Under the pieces are notes generated by a model, which did not search any database, had not been told where the DNA came from, and worked only from the letters and a program-made list of their open reading frames with translations. Below, piece after piece: positions 9,466 to 17,235 of a stretch of 64,000 nt of DNA. Both the position numbers and the translations under genes were made by a program. Position 1 is the first letter of the stretch, and the number at the start of each line of letters is the position of its first letter. The stretch is from Candidatus Falkowbacteria bacterium (lineage in GTDB: Bacteria > Patescibacteriota > Patescibacteriia > XYB2-FULL-38-15): NCBI GenBank assembly GCA_037440105.1, contig JBBIUS010000002.1:2685-66684 (forward strand), written 5' to 3'.

Positions 9466-10035
9466 ATGAGTGCGCTTGAAGAACTTTTTAAAGAAGCCAA
9501 CTGGCTTAGAAAACTGAATAAGCGTGATATTGAGGCCTTTAGTCAATGTTATGATTTTTATGCGCCAAAAATTTATCGGCATGCTTTTTACAGGTTAGGC
9601 TCAAAAGAGGCAGCAGAAGACGTTACTTCAGAAGTATTTGTAAGAGTTTGGGAGTTTTTGACTGAACCGACAAATAAAATTCAAAATTTGAAAGCATTTT
9701 TATACAGAATTGCAAATAATTTAATCATTGATCAATATCGTAATAAAGGGAGACAGCCGATCTTGATTGACGAAGTGATGGAGCGGGGCCTGGGTGATGA
9801 GGGTAGGGAAATGGAAAAGTTGGATAGCAAATTTGAATTTGAAGCATTGCTTGACAGTTTAGAAAAATTAAATCAAGAAACGCGCGAAATTTTACTCTGG
9901 CGTTATGTTGATGGTCTAAGTATTAAAGAGATTGCCGAAATTACAGAAAAGACAAAAAACGCTGTTTATGTAACAATTCATCGGGGATTAAAAGAATTAA
10001 AAAAAATAATAAAAAATAATTATGAGGACCGGTAA
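9466..10035 (+). CDS. ECF-type RNA polymerase sigma-70 family factor
   Basis: 189 aa. Region 2 (RIANNLIIDQYR) and region 4 HTH (LSIKEIAEITEKTKNAVYVTIHRGLKELK). Confidence 0.85.
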   Translation: MSALEELFKEANWLRKLNKRDIEAFSQCYDFYAPKIYRHAFYRLGSKEAAEDVTSEVFVRVWEFLTEPTNKIQNLKAFLYRIANNLIIDQYRNKGRQPILIDEVMERGLGDEGREMEKLDSKFEFEALLDSLEKLNQETREILLWRYVDGLSIKEIAEITEKTKNAVYVTIHRGLKELKKIIKNNYEDR

Positions 10036-11173
10036 AATAATCAAAAGATTAAAAAATTTTGGAGAATTAAAAGTGGAGGATAAGAAATGGCTGTCCGAGA
10101 ATAAAACATTACTTTTTGAATTTGTTAAGAATAATCCAGCGAAAGAAGCGGCTGCGATTCGTCATTATATTTTGGAAAAACCATTTTTAAAATTAAAACC
10201 TATACCTATTGTTATCGGCGTCATTATCGCTGCTCTTTTGGCTGGCGGTGGCACAGTTTATGCTTCGCAGTTTTCCCTGCCAGGAGACGCGTTTTATCCG
10301 ATTAAGTTATTAAGCGAAAATGCTCAGACTGCTTTGACTTTTAATTCTGAAAAAAAAGTTGAATTGGAAACAAAATTTGCTAATCGGCGGTTAGAAGAAA
10401 TTCAGAAACTCCAGGAAAGGATTCAAAAGAAAAATGGAGGAATTCCGCCGGAGATTGTTGAAAAAGCAATGGAACGAGCGGAACAAAAATTAGAGAGAGC
10501 CCAAGAGAGAATTGCGCAAATGGAAGAAGGCCAGCGAAAAGATATGGCGCTAGGGGCAGCTTCTCGTCTTGAAGAGGCGCTTCAAACTCACCAGCAGATT
10601 TTGTCTGATTTGGCGGAAGAAGCACCAGAGCCAGCTTGGCAGGCTCTGCTTCACGCTCAAGAGATGGCAACAAAACACTCAACCCAAGCTTTTGAGAAAA
10701 TTTTGAGATTAGAAAAAGCAAAAAAAGCGGGTGAAAAAATCAAGGAAAAAATCGAAGAGCGCGAAGTGCCAAAAATTTTGGGAGCAGAAGAGCGGGCAGA
10801 AGGGAAATTAAAAGCGCTGGAAAACAGATTGAGAGCGTTGGAAAGTTATATAGAGAATTTAAAAGGGCGAGGTATTGAGGTTAGTAAAGAAGCGGAAATA
10901 AAATTTGAAGAAGCGAAAAAGAAAATGGAAGAAGTAAAAAATTTATTGAAAGAGGAAAAATATTTAGAAGCATTTGATGTGGCAGGAGAGGCGATGCGGC
11001 TTTTAATGGAAGCAAAATTGCTTCTGCGGTCAGTTTTGACTCATGAGGCGTTTCTTGAAAAACCAATGCAAGTGTTGCCTCAACCTGTGCCAATTGAACC
11101 AGGGTCGTTACCAGCTGAACCAATGATTTTGCCGGTTGGAGACTCGATAAACGAAGTGGAAGCAGAAGATTAG
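10022..11173 (+). CDS. Anti-sigma-like single-pass membrane protein with long coiled-coil domain (DUF5667-like)
   Basis: 383 aa. Overlaps the sigma gene by 14 nt. One TM (PIVIGVIIAALLAGGG) followed by an E/K/A-rich helical domain. Confidence 0.6.
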   Translation: MRTGKIIKRLKNFGELKVEDKKWLSENKTLLFEFVKNNPAKEAAAIRHYILEKPFLKLKPIPIVIGVIIAALLAGGGTVYASQFSLPGDAFYPIKLLSENAQTALTFNSEKKVELETKFANRRLEEIQKLQERIQKKNGGIPPEIVEKAMERAEQKLERAQERIAQMEEGQRKDMALGAASRLEEALQTHQQILSDLAEEAPEPAWQALLHAQEMATKHSTQAFEKILRLEKAKKAGEKIKEKIEEREVPKILGAEERAEGKLKALENRLRALESYIENLKGRGIEVSKEAEIKFEEAKKKMEEVKNLLKEEKYLEAFDVAGEAMRLLMEAKLLLRSVLTHEAFLEKPMQVLPQPVPIEPGSLPAEPMILPVGDSINEVEAED

Positions 11174-11227
11174 AGTTATCGCAGCAGAGACTAGGTAAGA
11201 GTAAGATGGAGCTGGGAGGAAGTAAAA

Positions 11228-11380
11228 ATGAAAAGAATACCGCGATATTTTATTTTTTGTAAGCTATGTCAGCGTCTTCAAGGGTGCGAGGTTAGCGGTT
11301 TTTTGAAGTCATGCTCTGAGTGTTCAATTTATGAACGCAATGAATGCCATAAAGAAGCAAATTATTTTAGAGAGCTTTAA
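11228..11380 (+). CDS. Small Cys-rich protein (50 aa), putative zinc ribbon
   Basis: Below the track cutoff. GGGAGG lies 8 nt upstream of the ATG. Sequence MKRIPRYFIFCKLCQRLQGCEVSGFLKSCSECSIYERNECHKEANYFREL, with Cys pattern CxxC-x5-C-x8-CxxC-x7-C. Confidence 0.4.
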   Translation: MKRIPRYFIFCKLCQRLQGCEVSGFLKSCSECSIYERNECHKEANYFREL

Positions 11381-11461
11381 AAGCAAAGTTTCTCGATAAT
11401 TTGCGATCCCAAAAGCAAAGAAACTGTTTGCGTGTTATGGTAGTCTGAATAGGAGGGAGAA

Positions 11462-11668
11462 ATGCCGCCAAAATCAAAAGTTTGGATTTGTAAGGTTTGT
11501 GGAAAACCCTTCAAATGTGAGGTCAACTGGAAAATTTTTGAATGTAAAAATTGCGACAAATCTTTTGATTTTTGTACGCAAAACATAGAACATGAAGCCA
11601 AAGAAGACGAGTGTCTGTCATGTTATGCCAAAAGAAGGTGGCAAGGGGGAAGAAAGGCGGGGATATAA
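11462..11668 (+). CDS. Small Cys-rich zinc-ribbon protein (68 aa)
   Basis: Strong SD AGGAGGG (11451-11457). Eight Cys including three CxxC pairs. Followed by a terminator. Confidence 0.55.
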   Translation: MPPKSKVWICKVCGKPFKCEVNWKIFECKNCDKSFDFCTQNIEHEAKEDECLSCYAKRRWQGGRKAGI

Positions 11669-11695
11669 AACTTTAAATCCGCCTTTTTATTTTTA
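11653..11695 (+). terminator. Rho-independent terminator
   Basis: AAAGGCGG pairs with CCGCCTTT, followed by TTTTTATTTTT. Confidence 0.6.
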
Positions 11696-11783
11696 AAACG
11701 GTTTACATTTAGATTTATAAGGAGTTTTAGGATACAATCGTCGTCTTGTTTTTGTTTGTAAATTGTTATAAAATTGATTAATT

Positions 11784-12944
11784 ATGGTTTTTAAAAAACA
11801 AAAAGTGATAGTTGCCATGTCCGGAGGGGTTGATTCATCTGTAGCCGCTGCGATGCTAAAAAAGCAGGGTTATAATATTATTGGGGTTTTTATGAGGTTT
11901 TGGGCAGAGGATGGTACTGCAAGGGGCCGGGATGCGAAGAACATGCAGATGAGTATGCGAATGGATGCGAATAGGTGTTGCTCGTTTGAAGCATACAACG
12001 ATGCGCGAAGGGTGGCGCAAAAATTGGGGATTCCGTTATACACGATGAATTTAAAAATTCCATTTAAAAAATGGGTAGTTGATTATTTTTTAAAAGAATA
12101 TAAAGCAGGCCGAACCCCAAATCCTTGCGTGGAGTGCAATCGCTTTATAAAATTTGGGGAATTGTTGCGAAAGGCAAAAGCAATGGGCTCGGATTATGTT
12201 GCAACAGGACATTATGCCCGCATTTCGCGGGAAATTCCAAATTCCAAATTCCAAATTCCAAAATTGAAATTATTGAAAGGGAGAGACAGCGGGAAGGATC
12301 AATCGTATTTTTTGTATACGCTGACGCAGGAAAAATTGAAGCATGTTTTGTTCCCAGTGGGTAATTACACGAAATCGCAAGTTCGGCAGACGGCAAAAAA
12401 GTGGAAGTTGCCTGTATACGCAAAAAGAGATAGTCAGGAGATATGTTTTGTCAGCAAACGCCTTCAGGATTTTTTAAAACGTTGGCTTAAAATAAAAAGT
12501 GGGGGAATAGTGGAAATAGAAACTGGTAAAATTTTAGGCAAGCACAATGGTTTGCCGTTTTATACGATTGGTCAAAGAAAAGGATTGGGTTTAGGCAGCG
12601 GGCCCTGGTATGTGGTTGCCATTGATGCAAAAAGTAACATACTTTTTGTCAGTCGAGACGAGAAAAAATTATTGTCAAAAGAATTGCTTGTCACGAAATT
12701 GAACTGGGTTTCTGGCAGCGAACCAAAGTTGCCAATTCATGTTATGGCGCGTATTAGATATAAGCACAAAGAAGCGTCATGTCGCGTAGAAAGCGTGAAA
12801 GATGTACTAAAGCGTGGTAGATATAAAAATGTTTATAAAGTTATTTTTGACAAACCGCAAAGAGCAATTACACCAGGGCAATCAGTGGTGTTTTATCGAG
12901 GTGAAGAAGTGTTGGGTGGGGGAATAATCAATAAAAATGTGTAA
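11784..12944 (+). CDS. mnmA: tRNA-specific 2-thiouridylase
   Basis: 386 aa. PP-loop VAMSGGVDSSV, NPCVECNRFIKF and KDQSYFL motifs. Contains an in-frame (AAATTCC)x4 run at 12232-12259. Confidence 0.9.
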   Translation: MVFKKQKVIVAMSGGVDSSVAAAMLKKQGYNIIGVFMRFWAEDGTARGRDAKNMQMSMRMDANRCCSFEAYNDARRVAQKLGIPLYTMNLKIPFKKWVVDYFLKEYKAGRTPNPCVECNRFIKFGELLRKAKAMGSDYVATGHYARISREIPNSKFQIPKLKLLKGRDSGKDQSYFLYTLTQEKLKHVLFPVGNYTKSQVRQTAKKWKLPVYAKRDSQEICFVSKRLQDFLKRWLKIKSGGIVEIETGKILGKHNGLPFYTIGQRKGLGLGSGPWYVVAIDAKSNILFVSRDEKKLLSKELLVTKLNWVSGSEPKLPIHVMARIRYKHKEASCRVESVKDVLKRGRYKNVYKVIFDKPQRAITPGQSVVFYRGEEVLGGGIINKNV

Positions 12945-12963
12945 CTCTACAGATTAAGACGTC

Positions 12964-13106
12964 AAAATTTCTAATTTCTAATGTCAAATTTCTAATAAAT
13001 GTCCAATGTCTAATGTTCAATGTTATTAAAAGTTTCAGATTATTATTTGGGATTTGAGAATTTGAAATTTTATTAGGAATTGGAAATTAGGAATTGGGCA
13101 TTTTAA
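12964..13106. repeat. Long intergenic hairpin of heptamer words (TTTCTAA.../...TTAGGAA)
   Basis: The left arm is a run of TTTCTAA/TGTCTAA/TGTTCAA heptamers. The right arm is a run of ATTAGGA/ATTGGAA heptamers. Many positions pair only as G:U on the + strand. Confidence 0.6.
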
Positions 13107-13115
13107 AACTAATTT

Positions 13116-14897
13116 ATGACAGCTGATCAATTAAGAATAAAGTTTCTAGAATATTTTAAATTGAAGGGGCATACTATCTTGCCTTCTGCTTCTTTAATTC
13201 CAGAACATGACCCGACCGTTCTTTTTACTACGGCTGGCATGCACCCGTTAGTTCCATTTTTATTAGGCGAAAAGCATCCAGGCGGAAAAAGATTAGCTAA
13301 TATCCAAAAATGCATAAGAACCGGAGATATTGATGAGGTCGGCGATAATTGGCATCTAACCTTTTTTGAAATGCTTGGCAATTGGTCGCTTGGCGATTAT
13401 TTTAAGAAGGAAGCAATAGAAATGTCTTGGGAGTTTTTAACGGACAGAAAATGGTTGGGTTTGAATCCTCAAAAAATAGCTGTTTCTGTTTTTGTTGGTG
13501 ATCAAGATGCGCCATTTGATGAGGAGGCGTACAATCACTGGCGTAAAATTGGAATACCTGAAGCGCGGATTGCCAAATTAGGCAAAGAAGACAATTGGTG
13601 GGGTCCGGCAGGGGAAACAGGTCCGTGCGGGCCAGATACAGAAATTTTTTATTGGTCAGGCAACGAGCCCGTTCCGGATAAATTTGACCCAAAAGATAAA
13701 AGATGGACAGAAATTTGGAACAATGTTTTTATGCAGTATAATAAGACAGCAGAAGGGAAGTACGTGCCGCTAAAACAGAAAAATATTGATACTGGTATGG
13801 GCCTTGAGCGGACTGTAGCAGCGCTTCAGGGTAAAGCCAGTGTTTATGGAACAGAACTTTTTCAACCAATTATTAAAAAAATAATTGAAATAGCGGGCGT
13901 GCCGACAAGTACGGCAGATGAATTTTATTCCGTCAATCAAAAGGCAATCAGAATAATTGCTGACCACCTTAAAGCCGCGACATTTATTTTAGGCGATCCG
14001 ATTGGTGTTACACCTTCTAATTTGCGCCAAGGTTATGTTTTGCGTCGGTTAATTAGAAGAGCTATCCGCTACGCTAAACTGATTGGCATTGATACAAAAA
14101 AAGATTTCGCTGCGCCCATTGCTAGCGCAGTGATAGAAATTTATAAAGAAGTTTATCCAGAACTCGCAAAAAACGAAAGGAGAATTTTTTCTGAATTAAA
14201 TCTTGAAGAGAAACGATTTGAAAAAACGCTGGAAGTAGGATTAAAAGAATTTAACAAAATGTTAAAAGACGGAATGATCAGCGGAAAAGAAGCATTTATT
14301 CTTTTTTCCACCTATGGCTTTCCTCTTGAAATGACGCGCGAGTTAGTCATTGAAAAAGGCCTTGAAATTAACGAGAAAGAATTTGTAGAAGAATTTAAAA
14401 AGCATCAAGAGCTTTCCCGGACTGCTTCGGCCGGCCAGTTTAAAGGTGGTCTGAGCGATGCGAGCGAAGAGACAAAAAAACTTCATACCGCGACCCATCT
14501 TTTGCACGCGGCTTTACGCGAGGTGCTTGGTCCGCATGTTAAACAGCGTGGGAGCAATATTACGCCTGAGCGGTTGCGTTTTGATTTTTCCCATCCGCAA
14601 AAGTTAAGCGAATCAGAGATTAAGCGGATTAGCGAATTAGTTAATCAAAAAATTAAAGAAGGTTTGTCAGTGAAATGCGAAGAAATGAGCGTTGAGGAAG
14701 CAAAAAAGGCCGGAGCGATTGGTCTTTTTGAGCAAAAATACGGTGAGAAGGTAAAAGTTTATTCAATTGGTGACTTTAGTAAGGAAATCTGTGGTGGGCC
14801 GCATGTAAAAAATACCAAAGAATTAGGCCAGTTTAAGATTCAAAAAGAAGAAGCTTCGAGCGCCGGCGTGCGAAGAATAAAAGCAGTGTTGACATAA
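13116..14897 (+). CDS. alaS: Alanyl-tRNA synthetase, short form lacking the C-Ala domain
   Basis: 593 aa. N-terminal core FLEYFKLKGHTILPSASLIP and DPTVLFTTAGM. Editing-domain motifs HTATHLLHAAL and CGGPH. The ORF ends just after the editing domain. Confidence 0.9.
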   Translation: MTADQLRIKFLEYFKLKGHTILPSASLIPEHDPTVLFTTAGMHPLVPFLLGEKHPGGKRLANIQKCIRTGDIDEVGDNWHLTFFEMLGNWSLGDYFKKEAIEMSWEFLTDRKWLGLNPQKIAVSVFVGDQDAPFDEEAYNHWRKIGIPEARIAKLGKEDNWWGPAGETGPCGPDTEIFYWSGNEPVPDKFDPKDKRWTEIWNNVFMQYNKTAEGKYVPLKQKNIDTGMGLERTVAALQGKASVYGTELFQPIIKKIIEIAGVPTSTADEFYSVNQKAIRIIADHLKAATFILGDPIGVTPSNLRQGYVLRRLIRRAIRYAKLIGIDTKKDFAAPIASAVIEIYKEVYPELAKNERRIFSELNLEEKRFEKTLEVGLKEFNKMLKDGMISGKEAFILFSTYGFPLEMTRELVIEKGLEINEKEFVEEFKKHQELSRTASAGQFKGGLSDASEETKKLHTATHLLHAALREVLGPHVKQRGSNITPERLRFDFSHPQKLSESEIKRISELVNQKIKEGLSVKCEEMSVEEAKKAGAIGLFEQKYGEKVKVYSIGDFSKEICGGPHVKNTKELGQFKIQKEEASSAGVRRIKAVLT

Positions 14898-15002
14898 AAA
14901 AATGATTTATATTATAATAAGAATTGACCGTGTTTTAAAATTGATTTGTCTTTAAATAAATTTGGTCATTTATTTGTCTAGGGATTGTTCTAATAAAAAG
15001 AA

Positions 15003-15031
15003 TTGACATAATTTTAAGTGAATAATATAAT
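15003..15031 (+). promoter_or_regulatory. Consensus sigma-70-type promoter (TTGACA-17-TATAAT)
   Basis: TTGACA at 15003-15008, a 17-nt spacer, TATAAT at 15026-15031. It lies ~115 nt upstream of infA. Confidence 0.55.
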
Positions 15032-15144
15032 AAAAATAGCCAAAATCACTAAAATAACCTAATAATTTAAGGACTGAGAACTCATGGAATCTCGGTTCTC
15101 GGTTCTTGTTTTAGTTATTTAAGTAAAATAATACAAAGCGATTT

Positions 15145-15369
15145 ATGGAGAAAAGCAAAAGTAAGGAGTTTATTGAAGCAGTTGGGGTTGTGGAAGAACT
15201 TTTGCCGTCTGCGACTTTTAAAGTTAAATTAGAAGATGGCCATTATATTTTGGCGCATCTTTCTGGCAAAATGAGATTGAATAAAATTAGAATTTTGTCT
15301 GGAGACAAAGTAAAAGTTGAAATGACTCCTTATGATTTAACCAAAGGTAGGATAGTTTATAGGTTTTGA
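15145..15369 (+). CDS. infA: Translation initiation factor IF-1
   Basis: 74 aa, S1-fold IF-1 sequence ([51 protein letters not shown]). Confidence 0.95.
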   Translation: MEKSKSKEFIEAVGVVEELLPSATFKVKLEDGHYILAHLSGKMRLNKIRILSGDKVKVEMTPYDLTKGRIVYRF

Positions 15370-15382
15370 CTCGCGAAAAATT

Positions 15383-15496
15383 ATGAAAGTAAGAGCTTCG
15401 GTTAAAAAAATTTGTTCTGCATGTAAAACTGTAAAGCGTGGAAAACGCATTTTTATAATTTGCAAAAATCCAAAACATAAACAAAGACAAGGATAA
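15383..15496 (+). CDS. rpmJ: 50S ribosomal protein L36
   Basis: Not in the ORF track (37 aa). [37 protein letters not shown], found by manual translation. Canonical position between infA and rpsM. Confidence 0.9.
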   Translation: MKVRASVKKICSACKTVKRGKRIFIICKNPKHKQRQG

Positions 15497-15500
15497 AAAT

Positions 15501-15529
15501 AAATTAAAAATTAAAAATGAAAAATTAAA
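15501..15529 (+). repeat. Exact 29-nt repeat, copy 1 (AAATTAAAAATTAAAAATGAAAAATTAAA)
   Basis: Identical 29-mer to the one at 16476-16504. Located just after the rpmJ stop. Confidence 0.85.
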
Positions 15530-15576
15530 GACACAAACTTAAGAACTTAAAAACTTAAGAACTTAAAAACTTATCT

Positions 15577-15969
15577 ATGGTGGTGAGAATAGCAGGAGTA
15601 GTACTCCCGCAAAATAAAAGAATAGAAATTGCTTTAACTTATCTTTATGGTATTGGCCGGCCCTTGGCGAAGAAAATTTTAGAATTGACAAAAATTAACC
15701 CGGATATCAGAACGCAGAATCTAAAAGAAGAAGAAGTTCATAAATTAAGGGAGATTATTGAAAAAAATTATAAAGTTGAAGGCGACTTAAAAAGAGAAGT
15801 TTTGGGAAATATCAAAAGACTGAAAGAAATTAGCTGTTATCGCGGGATGCGCCACGCAAAAGGTTTGCCAGTTCGGGGGCAGAGGACTAAAACCAATTCA
15901 AGAACTGTCAGAGGGAATGTAAGGCGGACAATGGGCAGCGGCCGCAAACCGCCAGCGCAAAAAACATAA
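15577..15969 (+). CDS. rpsM: 30S ribosomal protein S13
   Basis: 130 aa. [24 protein letters not shown] and a basic C-terminus. Confidence 0.95.
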   Translation: MVVRIAGVVLPQNKRIEIALTYLYGIGRPLAKKILELTKINPDIRTQNLKEEEVHKLREIIEKNYKVEGDLKREVLGNIKRLKEISCYRGMRHAKGLPVRGQRTKTNSRTVRGNVRRTMGSGRKPPAQKT

Positions 15970-16025
15970 TTTAGAAGCGGATTTACGCGAATCACAACGC
16001 GGATTTACGCTAAATTCTACTATCT

Positions 16026-16472
16026 ATGGCAGAAGAACAAACAAAAATCGGAAAAGATGAAGAAAAAAGGCCAACAGAAAAAAAATTAGTTGCCCCTAAA
16101 TCAAAAAAGGGAAAAGTTTTAAAATTTATTCCACGCGGTCGAGCTTATATTCAGGCAACTTATAATAACACGATTGTAACATTAACAGATGAAAGAGGTA
16201 ATGTAATTGCCTGGTCAAGCGCGGGTAAAGTTGGATTTAAGGGGCCTAAAAAATCGACTCCTTTTGCGGCAAGCATTATCGCCAAAGACGCAACTGACAA
16301 GGCAAAAAATTTTGGATTGAAAGAAGTTAATGTATTTGTTAAAGGAGTTGGCTCCGGCCGAGAAGCGGCGGTTCGAGCTCTTCACGCTAATGGTTTAGAA
16401 GTTTTGTCTATAAAAGATATAACCCCGATTCCGCATAATGGCTGTCGACCTCCAAAACCAAGGAGAGTATAA
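16026..16472 (+). CDS. rpsK: 30S ribosomal protein S11
   Basis: 148 aa. [28 protein letters not shown]...[10 protein letters not shown]. It has a ~25-aa K/E-rich N-terminal extension. Confidence 0.95.
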   Translation: MAEEQTKIGKDEEKRPTEKKLVAPKSKKGKVLKFIPRGRAYIQATYNNTIVTLTDERGNVIAWSSAGKVGFKGPKKSTPFAASIIAKDATDKAKNFGLKEVNVFVKGVGSGREAAVRALHANGLEVLSIKDITPIPHNGCRPPKPRRV

Positions 16473-16475
16473 ATT

Positions 16476-16504
16476 AAATTAAAAATTAAAAATGAAAAAT
16501 TAAA
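16476..16504 (+). repeat. Exact 29-nt repeat, copy 2
   Basis: Identical to 15501-15529. Located just after the rpsK stop. Confidence 0.85.
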
Positions 16505-16542
16505 ATTATTGAATTTAAAATACGGCTAGAAATTAATTTAAT

Positions 16543-17172
16543 ATGGCTAAAAATCTAAAATCAAAATGCAAGATTTGTCGGAGAGCAGGAGAAAAACTTT
16601 TCTTGCGAGCGGAACGCTGTTATACGTCCAAATGTGCCCTAGTTAAGAGGAAGTACCCGCCCGGCATGCATGGGGTAAAAATGGCGGCAAGACTAACGAG
16701 TTATGGAACGCAGCTTCGGGAAAAACAAAAAGCTAAGCAGATTTATGGAATTTCCGAAAGACAATTTAGAAATTATTTTAGAAATGCCTCAAAGAAAAAA
16801 GGGGATACGAGCGAATTTTTGCTTCAATTATTGGAGTCAAGGCTGGATAATGTCATTTACAAATTTGGTTTTGCAAAATCAAGAGGGCAGGCTCGTCAAG
16901 TCATCAGCCACGGTCACGTTTTAGTAAATAATAAAAAGGTAACTATCCCGTCTTTCCAAGTTAAACCTAAAGATATCGTGGCATTAGGAGAAAAGAGTTT
17001 GAAATTACCTTTGTTTGCTGATTTACCTAAAATTTTAGCGAAGCATGAATTGCCAAACTGGCTTTCGTTTGATATTAAAAAATTTGAGGGAAGAATTTTG
17101 AACAAACCAACAAAGGAAGAATTAAAGGTGCCTTTTGACATTAAGATGATTGTAGAATTTTATTCAAGATAG
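16543..17172 (+). CDS. rpsD: 30S ribosomal protein S4
   Basis: 209 aa. N-terminal Cys cluster CKICRR...CYTSKC and an S4 RNA-binding domain (LESRLDNVIYKFGFAKSRGQARQVISHGHVLVNNK). Confidence 0.95.
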   Translation: MAKNLKSKCKICRRAGEKLFLRAERCYTSKCALVKRKYPPGMHGVKMAARLTSYGTQLREKQKAKQIYGISERQFRNYFRNASKKKGDTSEFLLQLLESRLDNVIYKFGFAKSRGQARQVISHGHVLVNNKKVTIPSFQVKPKDIVALGEKSLKLPLFADLPKILAKHELPNWLSFDIKKFEGRILNKPTKEELKVPFDIKMIVEFYSR

Positions 17173-17235
17173 CAGGATAACAAAATAACAAAAATTGTTC
17201 TTAGTTATTTTGTTCTTGTGTTCTTGTAACTTAAT

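Noticed and set aside
12232-12259. Interpretation of the coding heptamer runs as phase-variation switches
   Set aside because: They sit in essential housekeeping genes (mnmA, ddl, fmt), where on/off switching is implausible. Without population or read data no copy-number variation can be asserted. They are reported only as repeats of unknown origin.
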